From: Octopus vulgaris
Lineage: Eukaryota
Length of the DNA stretch: 64,000 nucleotides
Assembly (NCBI GenBank): GCA_951406725.2
Contig: OX597817.1
Span: 44,764,001 to 44,828,000, forward strand
Direction of reading: 5' to 3'
Both the position numbers and the translations under genes were made by a program. Of the stretch, positions 1 to 13,319 are shown one piece after another (positions within the stretch are counted from its first letter, which is position 1; the number at the start of each line of letters is the position of its first letter). The notes beneath the pieces are model-generated. The model worked only from the letters and a program-made list of their open reading frames with translations, searched no databases and was not told the DNA's origin.

Positions 1-860
1 TGTTTCTAACTTCATATTCCCTTTGCCATTCTCAGCTACTGCCACCAGCATTGTGATAATAATATTCAACAAAAAGCCATATAATATTTTAAAGTCTGGT
101 CATACATCATCAGGCGACTAATTTGCTTCAATTTCGCGTAAATATGAAGATATTTCAGGCACTTCCTTTGTTGTTTTTTCTAAATATTGTCATATAAACT
201 AGCTTCAGCTTTGCCCATTCAGCGTAACGATCCATCCACCATGTTTTCGCACGCCTTACTTTACTATGATGAAGACGGATGCCTCGATTACGTATTGTGA
301 CAAATGTCACGATTACTTATTGCTTTAAAGGTGAGAATTTTTACTAATTTTGTTCGTGTTTTTTTTAGTACAGTATATTTCTAATCGTAGGACATGGATC
401 AAAACCTTTCAGCGACTGCATTTTATTTTACATATGCCGAAAGTTACCAAAGTATATGATGTGATTGTTATATTAAAAAAAATAAATTACTCTCGCATTA
501 AAGCCACTGTATACCATTGTTTTGTGGCCAAACAGCGAGGAAAGAATGGCATTTCTAAGATATAGGTTGAAAAGAGAATTTTTCTGCGAGTGAAGTATTT
601 ATACATATACAGGATTTATATATATATATCACGTATATTCATAAATATACGTGACAACGACTGAACACAAAATGCAATTTTATATAAATATAACGAATTA
701 TCGTTCTTATTTTTGTCCGAAATCGGCGAAAAATTGAAGTAATTATTAATCTTTCTATAAAACAATTCGAAAAAGTTGCTACTAAAGGAATGAGTCAATA
801 TTGAAGAACATGACGTAACCCAAAAACTAGAACGGTGTTAAACATGTCGTGATCTTCTGG

Positions 861-924
<64 letters not shown>

Positions 925-958
925 TTACTATTACTACTACTACTACTGCTGCTGCTAC
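861..958. repeat. (ACT)n/(GCT)n microsatellite
   Basis: Direct reading of tandem ACT units grading into GCT. Confidence 0.95.
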
Positions 959-1124
959 CACCTGCACCACCACCACATCATCGATAACAACAGCATATCT
1001 TAGAAAGTAAAGAGTTGGAAGACGTGGATAAATATTTTGTTCGACGCACTGCAGATTCTACCAGTTCGCTGCCATAATAATAGTTTCAAATTTTGGCACA
1101 GGCTGTGCAGCATTTTAGGATTGA

Positions 1125-1499
1125 AGGCGGCGAGCTTGCAGAATTGTTAGCACACCGGCCGAAATACTTTGCGTTCTGAGTTCAAATTCCGCCGAGGTCG
1201 ACTTTGCCTTTCATTCTTTTGGGGTCGATTAAATAAGTATCAGTTACGCACTGGGGTCAATATATATCGACTTAATCCGTTTGTCTGTCCTTGTTTGACC
1301 TCTCTGTGTTTAGCCCCATGTGGGCTATAAAGAAATAGGTATTTCGTGTATTTACGTTCTGTGTTCAAATTCCGCTGAGGTCGACTTTGCTTTTCATCGT
1401 TTCGGGGTCGATAAATTAACTACCAGTTGCCACCGAAGTCGATCTAATCGACTGGCCCCCTCCCCCAAAATGTCGGTCTCGTGCCCAGAGTAGAAAGAA
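1125..1499 (+). mobile_element. tRNA-derived SINE family A, dimeric copy
   Basis: Head AGGCGGCGAGCT..., B-box GAGTTCAAATTCC and conserved core GCCTTTCATCCTTTCGGGGTCGAT. A second unit restarts at GGTATTTCG. Many homologous copies occur in the window. Confidence 0.85.
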
Positions 1500-1952
1500 A
1501 TAATAGCAAATTTTCTTTCAAAAGTTTTGGTACAAACCAGCAATTCTCGAGCGTGAGGCTAATCGATTACATCGACCCTAGTTCTTGACTGATACTTTAT
1601 CATATCGACCCTAAAAGATGTAAGGTAAAATTGAAATGGGCGGAACAAGAAAAGAAACCGTAACACGGAAGGAGAAATAGAGCAAATCATTTGTTCCCAC
1701 AAAACAACGGTTCAGCCAACCTGGAACTTTTTTTAAATAATTGTTTGTAATTTAGCATCAAGACCAGCAATTATACGGGAGGCGTTGTTAATCGATTATA
1801 TCGATCACAGTGCTTATACTGTATTTTATGAACTTCAAATGCATGACAGGCGAAATTGAAATAAAGAAAAAAAAATGAACTCAGAATTCGAAGGACCGGA
1901 AGAAATGCTGCAAGTCATTTTGACCGACGTTCTTACCATTCTGGCAGGTCAT

Positions 1953-2553
<601 letters not shown>

Positions 2554-2736
2554 ACGAACTATTGAGTTTGGTGTAATGGCCTACCGATGTATACTATGAG
2601 TTTCTTTGCCCTAGGAGTCGGGAAGACACTCGGCAAGAAATGGAAGCAAATTTGAAAGAAGAAAAAAAAAAATAATAATAATAATAATAATAATAATAAG
2701 AGAACACAGGGACCTGTAGCTTATATTAATTTGCAG

Positions 2737-4446
2737 AAATATCCGTTGAAGCCGTTGCTTATGGATCCAGTTCGTAATGATATATAACCGCCTCTGCTGC
2801 TGTTGACACTCTAATTGATCATTCGGATCGGCGGCTTTTCAATACAAAGCAGATCGCTAGTAGCTTGTTGAAAGGAATTATCATTTACCGATGTGCTCAT
2901 GGAAACCATTGCAGCGTTTCGTTAACTGGCGCTGAAATTTCCATAGGATTACAATGGCCGAATTTCGAGTATGAGCAGCCATGTACGGTGATTTACATTT
3001 TAACACCATCATATTTCCGTTATTTAAGCATATAGAAAGAAGCCCGATATATCAGAACATACAAAAGATGCAGACTCATAACGCGTTTACGTTATGGATG
3101 GGCAGCGTTATAAAATGAAATATGATACATATTTGCTAAACTTTTTCCTTCTCCACCTTTCGCCTTCTCTCTCTTTGAAATTTTCGCTTTATCAATGTAA
3201 TAGTTTGTTAGTCTATTTTCAGTAGCTACTACATCTTTACTTACTTCTCACTACAGAGAACTCTTTACCTTGTAATGTTTGCGTACGTGTCTAACACTAC
3301 TCATCGGGTTGAGTAAACTCTACTTATTGTGTTTAGTATTTTCTACTAAGAGTAGTTCACTATATCGAAACGTATGTAAACAGTGGAATATTGGAGTAAT
3401 ACTCGTATTAAGGCGGCGAGCTGGCTTAGCAGTATTTCGTCTGTCGCTACGTTCTGAGTTCAAATTCCGCCGAGGTCGAATTTTGCCTTTCATTATTCCG
3501 ACGTCGATAAATTAAGTACCAGTTGCATACTGGAGGGTTGATCTAATCGACTGGTCCCCTCACCGAAATTTCGGGCCTTGTGCCTAAAGTAGAAAAGGAG
3601 TAACGTCCGTATGATTTTTCCATTTAGTATATTCTTGTAACTCTTCAGAAATATTTTCTAAAAGTTTCGACTGAAAATACAAAGAAGTATTTGATAATCA
3701 CAAACCTGGATGCAGATGGCGCTGATAAGAATGAATTGCAGATGCACAGACGTTCCTCTACAAATACACGCCTGGAAGTGTTTGAAAAGTGCATACTAAA
3801 TATAACATGAATTCCTGACACACACATATGTATACCAACTAAAATGTTTTGGCTGATTCAAGATCTGCTATGTGTTAATTGTGGAAAAGGCAATTTAAAT
3901 TTATGCTCAATAAGCATCTTACGAGATAAGTATATAATATTAACAGTATATAAACTGATAAGTATATAATATTAGCTGTATATAAACAAAGTTACTTGAT
4001 ACTTAGAAAACTGTTTGTCTAGGAACAATGGAGATTACATCTGCACTTAAAAGAGAAGAGCATGAATCTGAAGAATCTCTCCAGAATTGCTAATCGGTTA
4101 TAATGTAATAACCTCCTGTATATTTCCATTTTGATATCATGAGTTTTATTGTAGTCTATTACAACGCCACTATAACCTCGACCATAAGCTTTCGATGATA
4201 TCATTGTAAACTTTGCCAAACCCGATATAATCCGTTTACAATCTAGACAGCCTCTCTATTATTTCGAAAATGCAGTCTGGATTAAAAAAAAAAACTACAA
4301 CAATGACAACAAAAAAGAATGAAGAGAATTGATGATGATGGTGTTGTGGATGCATTTATCGAGGAAGATGTGAGTGAAATCTTTGATAAATATTATTTGA
4401 TGCGCAAAAGACGTCCTATACTGAGTAGAGGGATTTTGTCAGCATG
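2737..4446 (+). pseudogene. candidate decayed terminal nucleotidyltransferase (TUTase/GLD-2/Cid1-like) pseudogene, exon-like blocks
   Basis: Manual translation after AG acceptors gives ISVEAVAYGSSS**YITASAAVDTLID (resembles the hGS..x..DhD motif), RTLYLVMFAYVS, and FLYKY...EVFEKCILNIT*...FWLIQDLLCVNCGK (resembles the PAP-associated CI[E/Q]DPF..N motif). Multiple stops and frameshifts; similarity judged by eye only. Confidence 0.3.
3410..3598 (+). mobile_element. SINE family A, internally deleted copy
   Basis: AGGCGGCGAGCTGGC head, GAGTTCAAATTCCGCCGAGGTCG, tail GGGCCTTGTGCCTAAAGTAGAAAAG. Confidence 0.8.
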
Positions 4447-4703
4447 ATTTGTTTCGAAATACGAAAAGATATAATGTAGACAGATGAAAAACAAAAAGAT
4501 ATTATTTTAGAGTTCAACGAAACAGAGCTGCTAACATTTTACCAAAATGCATTTTTCTGAAAGTACCAGCAAATTTAGACATTGAGAATTTCTAAGTATA
4601 ATGAAAGTTGATTTTAAACCAGGTTTTTCCACACGGAAATCTCCAAGTGTTAGAAGTAATCGTCACTGTCTGTAAATCTTGAGGCTTTTGTAATAGTTTA
4701 AAG

Positions 4704-5005
<302 letters not shown>

Positions 5006-5010
<5 letters not shown>

Positions 5011-5266
5011 TTGATAGAAATGGTAAGACAACAAAAGAATGGAAGAGAACTTGATATTAGGTAAATAGAGGAATTTATCTGTAAATATAATATGAAACAA
5101 TTATTCGGTAACCATGATAAAACTCCGAGTTTCGGATGTCGGGGCGGGAACTCACGCCGCCATCTCTTCAGTTATCCAGCCATCAGAGAGGGCAGCGTGG
5201 TTTCCGTCCGACATCCTAAACTCGGAGTTTTATCATGGCTACAGAATAATTGTCACATATTATATT

Positions 5267-5270
<4 letters not shown>
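5006..5270. mobile_element. fold-back (inverted-repeat) PLE-terminus-like element carrying a hammerhead motif, between two (TA)n tracts
   Basis: Arms ~5080-5167 and ~5185-5270 are imperfect reverse complements (CCATGATAAAACTCCGAGTTT / AAACTCGGAGTTTTATCATGG). Confidence 0.7.
5116..5176 (-). ncRNA. type I hammerhead ribozyme, canonical C3:G8 core
   Basis: Minus strand: GAUAA-CUGAAGA-GAUG...CAUC-C-GAAA-CUC(G)GAG-UU-UUAUC. Helix I is 5 bp, helix III is near-palindromic, cleavage triplet GUU. Confidence 0.7.
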
Positions 5271-5310
<40 letters not shown>

Positions 5311-5313
<3 letters not shown>

Positions 5314-6930
5314 TTAAATCCTTAAAAATGTTTTAGCCCGAAGGCCGCGGCCATGCTGGGGCACCACCGCTGAATGAGCTACACTAGTTTGTGAATCTAC
5401 CTCTGATACGTGGCACTTGATCAACAAGGGAGTTCGATGCTGCTGCCCGCATCCGTGTCTCCTGTCGTGAGGTAGGTTCATCTGGGACTCCCAACAAGAA
5501 GAGATCCAGTTTAGTTTTAAAGAAACCCACATCCACACCATGTAAGTCTCTCAGGCATTTAGGGAGGATGTTAAAGAGCTGTGGTCCTCTGAAACCCAAG
5601 CTGTTGCAGTATCTGGACCTGTATTTTGATGGTGATGTTGGAATCCTTGGCACCATGCAGCGGCGCCCCGTTCTGCGGTTGGAGTAACTTTGAATGCCAA
5701 AGTTTGGGACAAGACCCTCCAGGATTTTCCAGATGTATATCACTGCATATCTTCTTCCGCCTCCGCTCCAGGGAGAAGAGGTTTAATACCTTCAGTCTTT
5801 CCCAGTAGCTGACATTTTGCATTGAGACGATTTTCTTTGTGTAGCTTCTCTGAGTTGCTTCGAGTTCTGCTGTTTGTTTTATATTGTGTGGTGACCAAAG
5901 TTGGGAGCAGTAGTCCAAGCGGCTGAGGACAAATGTTTTCCATAGGACCATCAGTGTCTCCTTCTCTCTTGTTCTGAAAGTTCGGAGAATCCATCCAGCT
6001 AGCCGTCTGCATTTTATCACCAGATTAGCAATATGCATTTGGAAAGATGCATCATTGCTCATGTCAATGCCCAGGTCACGCACTGATTTTGACTCAGGGA
6101 TTGCAATTCTTCCTGGGCCAGTGTATCCAGTCTTCACGTCATTTACCTTTGTGTGCCAGTAGCGCAGGGCCTGGAACTTACCTGCATTAAACTGCATGTT
6201 GTTGTCCTCAGCCCACCTGTATATTGTGTCCAGCTCATGTTGCAGATGCGCAATATTTTCAGGGTTTTGTATTGCGTGGGAGACTTTTGTGTCATCTGCA
6301 TAGCTAGCAAGGGTGGTCATCGTAGCAACTGAAGGCATGTCTGAAAGGGCCACTATGAACATCAGTGGCCCCAAGACAGTGCCCTGTGGGACACCGCTTG
6401 TTATTTGCGTTTCCCTGGAGGTGGCTCCATTGCTCACAACTGCCTGTTTTCTGTCTTTTAGGAAGTTGTGCAGCCACTCTCCAAGTTTCCCGCCTATGCC
6501 GAGACCACGCAGTTTGTGACAGATCATACCATGGTCGACTTTATCAAAGGCTTTTGCAAAGTCAAGATATATTACATCCACATTTGAGCCATTTAGTAGC
6601 TGTTTCAACACCCAGTCATAGTGTTGCAGGAGCTGTGTTAGGCAGCCTCTACCTGGTCGAAATCCATGCTAGGTGTCAGACAGTAAGTCATTTTCTTCAA
6701 GGAACATGATTAGTTTCTTACGGACTATTCGTTCCATGACTTTGCTGATGTGTGAGGTCAGAGAGATAGGCCTATAATTTTTAGCATCTGCTCTGCTACC
6801 TCCCTTATGGATAGGGCATATTACCCCCTCTTTCAGTTTGACTGGGAGCTTACCACTTGCAAGAAAGCTCTGAAAAAGAAGCTGTAGCGGTTTTGCAAGG
6901 GCTCGTTTGCACGATTTGAGAAGGATCGCT
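5311..6930 (-). mobile_element. 5'-truncated CR1/L2-group LINE (RT domain), defective
   Basis: ORF 5571-6611 has DVIYLDFAKAFDKVDH, SGVPQGTVLGP, YADDTK and VRDLGI. Upstream YRPISLTSHISKVMERI. In-frame TAG near 6670, frameshift near 5745, 3' tail (TTTAAGGA)2; (TA)n on both flanks. Confidence 0.92.
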
Positions 6931-7787
6931 GTATATATATATACAGTTCTCTATCTCTTGAAGGAAGACATGGAAATGAACAATTTTGAGTCATGAGCTT
7001 AGTTTGAATAACTAAGGAATTCTTCCTTTAAGTTAGTCTTACATTAAAAAGCGAGTAATTATTATAAGTCTTTTAATAGTAATTTCAACATATCTTACTT
7101 TAATTGCGGAGTTTTGAGCAGCTCTTTTCACTTCACCTAAGGCAAAACTTAAGTCATCTAAAACAAATATTAAACGAACGTGTTGGTATAATTATAGAAA
7201 TTCAGTAATTTTCTGTTCAATGGAAACTGCCTGGCTATTTCTTGGTACGAAGTGACAATGTGGAGTTAAGCGCTTGGTAGTAATGGTTTTCCTGAATTAG
7301 TTTGATTAAAATGGTTTTAAAACGAGCATTCATTAGTCAACTGAAACAGGAAATTTGCTCTCGGACATTCAAAATGATATTGGAAATGAAGTTAAAAGAG
7401 TAACAGAGCCTTTAATATAAACTGACCTGTCATTTATTTTGCACTTTCTTCCCAGCGTGTAACAGTAGAGGGAGTTATTCATCTTTGCTTAACAGGAAAC
7501 AATTTAATACTAATGAAGTAATAAAAGCGGCGAGTAACAGGATAGTTAGTATGCTGGGCAAGATGATATAGTGGTATTCCGTCCGGCGTTATGTTCTGAG
7601 TTCGAATTTAACCGACTTCGATTTACTTTCGTTCTTTTTTTGCGTCCATAAAATAAACTCCAGTTGAGCACTGGAGTTGATGTAATTGGCTTAATCATAC
7701 TCGCAAAGTGGTTGCGTTGGGCTGGAATTTGAAATCAATATGAATGAATCTGTAGAACGATTGACGACCAAATATTTTCAGTATTTA

Positions 7788-8310
7788 TTGGGTTGTCCGG
7801 AAAGTTCGTGCCGATTTTTAAAGGAAAGGAAAAGGTCAATATAAATACTTGCCATTACATTTTTAATCAACCTAATATGAACCATTTTGTTGCACAATGC
7901 GTCTTCATTTTTCCTTTAACTTGAAAATACCCTCTTCCCAGAACTGAGGTAGTTTCATGAAAGAATTCATGAAGGTATCTTTTTACGTCATCCAAGGAAT
8001 TGAAATTTTTACCATTAAGACTATTCTGCAGAGACTTGAATAAGTGGAAAACCGAAGGAACACCATCTGGTAAATATGGAGGGTTGGGTAAGACATCCCA
8101 GCCGAACTGCAGCAATTTTTGTCTGGTTTAAAAAGCATCAGGTGCCGAAAATGAACTTTAGGAATATAAATCTTCTTCCACGATAAGATAGCTTAACCTG
8201 TGCTCTAAATGGAGATGTAGTCAAATCCTATTTTATGGAATCAACCATGTTCTAAAATAAGTCGAAAGGTAAACTACTATAAATCGGCACGAACTTTCCG
8301 GACAACCCAA
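7788..8310 (-). mobile_element. internally deleted mariner element
   Basis: Perfect ~30-bp TIRs TTGGGTTGTCCGGAAAGTTCGTGCCGATTT with TA on both sides. Transposase remnant WDVLPNPPYLPDGVPSVFHLFKSLQNSL is a degenerate YSPDLAPSDYHLF motif. Confidence 0.92.
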
Positions 8311-8489
8311 TATTTATATAAAACCAGTAAACATGCTACGTCCATTCCTTAAGACAAGTCTGACACATATTTGTTCCAGCGAGCTTTTAATTTCAGCCAT
8401 ATTTTCTGATTAGCTAATTCATTTCTCTTCTTCTTATTCGTCTGTGTCGCGTTGCAGACGGCTTTTTGATATCTTACATGTATTCTTAT

Positions 8490-8547
8490 ATATATATATA
8501 TATATTCATATAGATACATATACATACATACATGCATACATACATAC

Positions 8548-8590
<43 letters not shown>

Positions 8591-8660
8591 CATACATACA
8601 TACATACATACATACATACATACATACATACATACATACATGCATGCATGCATACATACG
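8490..8660. repeat. (TA)n/(TACA)n microsatellite
   Basis: Direct reading. Confidence 0.9.
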
Positions 8661-8822
8661 CACGCATAGCTATGTGGTAAGAAGGTTGCTTCCCAACCAC
8701 ATGTTTCCAGGTTCAGTCCCAGCGCGTGGCGTCTCGAGCAAAGTATCTTCTCTTATGGCTTCGGGCCGATCAAAGCCATGTGAGTGGGTTTAATAGATGG
8801 AAACTAGAAGAAGCCTTTGTAT
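8661..8822 (+). mobile_element. SINE family B, 5' half
   Basis: TGTGGTAAGAAG..GCTTCCCAACCACATG..GGTTCAGTCCC head, matching the full copy at 52266-52670. Confidence 0.75.
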
Positions 8823-9066
8823 ATATATATATATATAATAGAAATATTAAAATTACTAAGTCTCTCTAAAAGAGATTACAGCAGCGTTCCTGGAAATTAA
8901 TAGTTATCGCCATACTAATATGGCATTCTTATAAAAATAAGAAAAAAGCTGTCCGCTTATTAGCTCCATGAGGCCATCGCCTAAAGTTAGCTATTCGATA
9001 CACAAACTGTATCCATATAACCTTCGAACAAGGGAGGTCAGTCGCTCCACACTACTTGACCGACAG

Positions 9067-9107
9067 CTACAGACGCGTTTCAGGGTATTTGCCCTTTGTC
9101 AATGCAG
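9067..9107 (-). ncRNA. minimal type I hammerhead ribozyme, U3:A8 variant (left arm)
   Basis: CUGCA-UUGACAA-AGGG-CAAAUA-CCCU-GAAAC-GC-GUC-UGUAG. Confidence 0.75.
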
Positions 9108-9142
9108 AGTAGTCAGACCCAGTAGGTGTCGCTTCTGACTAC

Positions 9143-9185
9143 GCTGCATTGACAAAGGGCAAATACCCTGAAACGCGTCTGTAGC
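9143..9185 (+). ncRNA. minimal type I hammerhead ribozyme, U3:A8 variant (right arm)
   Basis: GCUGCA-UUGACAA-AGGG-CAAAUA-CCCU-GAAAC-GC-GUC-UGUAGC. Helix I 6 bp, helix II 4 bp, palindromic ACGCGU helix III, GUC triplet. Confidence 0.8.
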
Positions 9186-9314
9186 TGTCGGTCAAGTAGT
9201 GTGGAGCGACTGACCTCCCTTGTTCGAAGGTTATATGGATACAGTTTGTGTATCGAATAGCTAACTTAAGGCGATGGCCTCATGGAGCTAATAAGCGGAC
9301 AGCTTTTTTCTTAT

Positions 9315-9414
9315 NNNNNNNNNNNNNNNNNNNNNNNNNNNNNNNNNNNNNNNNNNNNNNNNNNNNNNNNNNNNNNNNNNNNNNNNNNNNNNNNNNNNNN
9401 NNNNNNNNNNNNNN
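9315..9414. other. assembly gap (100 N)
   Basis: Run of N. Confidence 1.
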
Positions 9415-10205
9415 AGTATAGAGGAAGGTATATAAAGGGAAAAAAATTGACAAATCACTCAGTCACCGGCTGACACTCGCTGACGATACGCCGAAGAGGC
9501 CAGGGAACAGAAGAAAGAAGACAGGCACCCAACATCAGAGCTGAAGACACCTCCGAAAGGGGGATGGCACTTCAAAACGGTTGAGGAGTAGGACGTGGTT
9601 CCTCCTGATGATGTCTTGAGCTAACTGGATCCTATAAAGGAGCTGTTGTGGTAGCAGACCATGAAATACGGTTGTAATTCCTTCCTAATATTTTGACTAT
9701 AGACATAGTGTTTCCTTTGTCTGGTGTTATAGCGATTTTTTGATGATGGCCTCTACTCTCCAGGTGTATTTCTAGTATCCATCAACTCATACTCAAAACC
9801 GTGTCGTTCTCAAGAATTCAGGGAACCTGAGAAGACTACGACCAGTGCTTCTTTTCTTCCTGCCAAACCAATACAGACAAATATGAAGTTCAATTGTTTC
9901 AACACAGATTAAGAACCGCAGTCTGTAGTAGACTGCCTCTTAAAGCCTCATCAGTTGTATACACAATACAGATTTCTAACACTGGCATAAGCTGTGATAA
10001 ATGTTAAAAGAAGGGTTATGCCAATCAACATATTATAAAATTAGATATCATTTTGAGATATGAGAGGGAAGAAACGAAAATTCGACCAAGGGAATATTGG
10101 AGACAGAATAAATGGTTTAGTGCGGTGCTTTAAAATTTCTTCCATTTGTAAAATATTACGATGAAATGTTCGGTGTTAGAAAAAGAAAACCCAAAGTATC
10201 TCCTC

Positions 10206-10433
10206 CTTCTTCTTCTTCTTCTTCTTCTTCTTCTTCTTCTTCTTCTTCTTCTTCTTCTTCTTCTTCTTCTTCTTCTTCTTCTTCGTCTTCTTCTTCTTCT
10301 TCTTCTTCTTCTTCTTCTTCTTCTTCTTCTTCTTCTCCCAATTATTATTCTTATTATTGTCGTCATCGTCGTCGTCATCACCATCATCATCATCATCATC
10401 ACCATCACCATCATCATCATCATCATCATCATC

Positions 10434-10475
<42 letters not shown>

Positions 10476-10476
10476 G
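10206..10476. repeat. (CTT)n and (CAT)n microsatellites
   Basis: Direct reading; explains the poly-E/S/L/K/H/D ORFs. Confidence 0.95.
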
Positions 10477-11147
10477 TCTTCCACCCTCATTTTCTTTCTC
10501 AAGCTAATATTTCTACATCGTCTTATTTTGATTCCTTGTTTCATTCTTTTTTACGCTTTCTTTTATTTCTCTCTCTCTTTTTTTTTCGCAAAACTCCAAT
10601 CACACGGTCTGTCAAACTATAAAAGACCATTAGTCACGGATTTCATTCTTTTAACTCTGGCTTTTTAGTTAAGGACTCTGCAGACAACGTGATTCTTTTC
10701 GTAAACAGGAGACAACAAGATGGAACCAACCAAAACATAACAGACAATAGAACAACAAAAAGAAACGAAGGATGAAATACAACCAAAATACGCCAATTCC
10801 ACAAAAATGCTCCACCACTTCAAAATACACCGCCACCACGAACTACACCACCACGACCAAAATACACCACCATCACCACACGGCAAGACATTTATCATAA
10901 AAGCTATGAAATGAAAACTGGCCTCACTTTCACAGCCACAAGGCATTCTCTGTAATTTATTCGTGAATTTTATACAGCAAAAATTCTTAAGACCCAGTCG
11001 CTGTCTTGATAGGCCATTGATTCCAAATAAAATCTGTTTGCATTTTTTGTTTTGCTTTTTAGTCAATGTTATAGTTTGTATGTGTAACTTTTAAACTTTC
11101 TGTAACCTTGTCCATATGTAAATACACACACACACACAAACATATAT

Positions 11148-11695
11148 ATAAGTTAAGTTAAGTTAATGTCTTGGCTCAAAAAGCAAAAATCAAGGCCATG
11201 TAGGGGGACATGGAGTTATGTACAGGGAGGGTGTTCATGCAAAAGTTCAGGCCATTTCTGGTCAAGAGAGACTTTGAACCGAGCTGTCGTCGGCATTTTC
11301 AATATCTCGTCCGGCACCTTATTCCACGGATCCGCAACCCGGACGGAGAAAGCCCTTCTCCTTCGATTGAGATGAAATCGTCGCAGATACAGCTTTTCGG
11401 AGTGACCCCGCAGCCGACGCTCTGGAGCAGGAGTGAAGGACAGCTCTTTCGAGAGGTTACACTTTCCGCTTATGATGTTGTGAGCGAGAATGAGATCACC
11501 ACGGCGTCGTCGTTCTAGAGAATAAAGCTTGTCTTCAGCTTGTCTTCAGAGGACAAATGCTTGAGACCAAGAACCACGCGGGCAGCCAGCTTCTGGACTC
11601 TTTCGAGATGATGTATATCTTTGAGGAGATAAGGAGAAGAGGCTTGAATTCCCTACTCCAATATGGGTCTCACCAGCGTGACATAGAGCGGTAGG
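11148..11695 (-). mobile_element. 3' fragment of a second CR1/L2-group LINE
   Basis: Manual translation LYVTLVRPILE*...LERVQKLAAR...YSLERRRRGDLI...RLRGHSEKL...AFSVRVADPWNKVP; (TTAAC)n 3' tail at 11148-11166. Confidence 0.85.
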
Positions 11696-11718
11696 AATAT
11701 GTATACATATGTATACAT

Positions 11719-12037
11719 ATGTCACCGTCACCGTCACCGTTACCGACCAAGCTATTAGATGTTATTGCACATCGCTGGTCACAATGCGCTTCGCATTGTT
11801 TTAGCCTTCAAATGACGCCACCCCGCTGGCTAAGCGAGCAGGCCAAGAGAAGAAAGAGTGAGAGAAAGTTGTGGCGAAAGAGTACAGCAGGGATTGCCAC
11901 CGCTCTCTGCAGGAGCCTCGTGAAGCTTTTAGGTGTTTTATGCTCAATGAACACTCACAACACCCAGTCTGGGAATCGAAACCGCGATCCTACAATCGCG
12001 AGTCCGCTGCCCTAACCACTGGGCCATTGCGCCTCCA
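11719..12037 (-). mobile_element. SINE family C with tail type 1
   Basis: tRNA-like head TGGAGGCGCAATGGCCCAGTGGTTAGGGCAGCGG...GGTTTCGATTCCC; tail ends in (GGTGAC)n. Confidence 0.85.
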
Positions 12038-12276
12038 TGTATACACATGTATTCATATGTATATATACACACACAGAGACATACATATATGTGTGTCTTA
12101 AAGGAATAGGGATTCAAAATCCAGGCAGATATCTAGCTGGGATTGGAGGATCTACAGAGTTGCCTATATACATCGAATGAATGAAAAAATTTAGAATCGT
12201 GTAAAGTAAAAGATTAAACTGTACATTCTTCGGTAGGCAAATCGTGAGTCAGCTTCAATGGATTCCTTGTAGAATG

Positions 12277-12481
12277 TATTTCTTTACTACCCTAAACATA
12301 GAGGGGACAAACAAGGACAGACATAGCTATTAAGTCGATTACATCGACCCCAGTGCGTAACTGGTACTTAATTCATCGACTCCGAAAGGATGAAAGGCAA
12401 AGTCGACCTCGGCGGAATTTGAACTCAGAACGTAACGGCAGACGAAATACGGCTACGCATTTCACCCGGCGTGCTAACGTT
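12277..12481 (-). mobile_element. SINE family A
   Basis: Reverse complement of the family A consensus. Confidence 0.85.
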
Positions 12482-13000
12482 GAGAGTATTTAATCAAGAC
12501 ACTATGAAAAAAAAAAAAAAACAGAAAAAAACGGGGATTTATGCATCTACAAAATTTATTTATTCAAGCATTTTCTTCATATTATATTCCGACATGTGTT
12601 TCTATTGCATAAGTAATTAAGCGCCCTTTGATATAACAGCATTCTGCATTTAGTTGAATAACATTAAATCAGTTGCAGTATACGGTCAAACCTAAAGGTT
12701 AATAAACTTATATAGATTTATCCGAAGTGTTTACCACACGTGTGAGTAACGTGAAGTTAACGTAAATCAACTAAGTTCATAAAGGACACTAAGACATTTG
12801 CCCAACAAAGAGCTGTGTTGTAATGCAATAAAAAAAGCAACACTTTGATAACATATTTCTAAAGACAAAGAATTCTCTATTCTTCACTATATGTGTGTTT
12901 GTTTGTATGTGTATATATATATATATGTAGATAAATATATATAGATATATATATACATATTGATCTATATATCTATCTATGTATCTATATATCTATCTGT

Positions 13001-13049
<49 letters not shown>

Positions 13050-13319
13050 CATATATACTCTCTTTGACTTGTTTCAGTCATTTGACTGTGGCCATATATA
13101 TATATATATTGAAGTTAATCTCTCTATATATATGTAATTATTAAATAGCGCAATACGGTAGTATTGCTTCCCAGTATATTATCGGCTGCTTTTCCAGTAT
13201 ATATTACTGCATTGTTGTACCACTATTATATATATATACACATACATACACGCATATGTACATACCTGCACAGAAACGCACACGTACACACACTCACACG
13301 CACACACACACTCATTTAT

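Larger units (their letters stand above)
8937..9314. repeat. near-perfect 181-bp inverted repeat (PLE-terminus-like) with divergent hammerhead motifs
   Basis: Arms 8937-9117 and 9134-9314 with a 16-nt spacer and only a couple of mismatches; the right arm runs into the N gap. Confidence 0.9.

Noticed and set aside
9470-9680. Several CTGANGA words with a downstream GAAA after the gap
   Set aside because: No convincing helix I/III pairing could be built; at most an eroded PLE terminus
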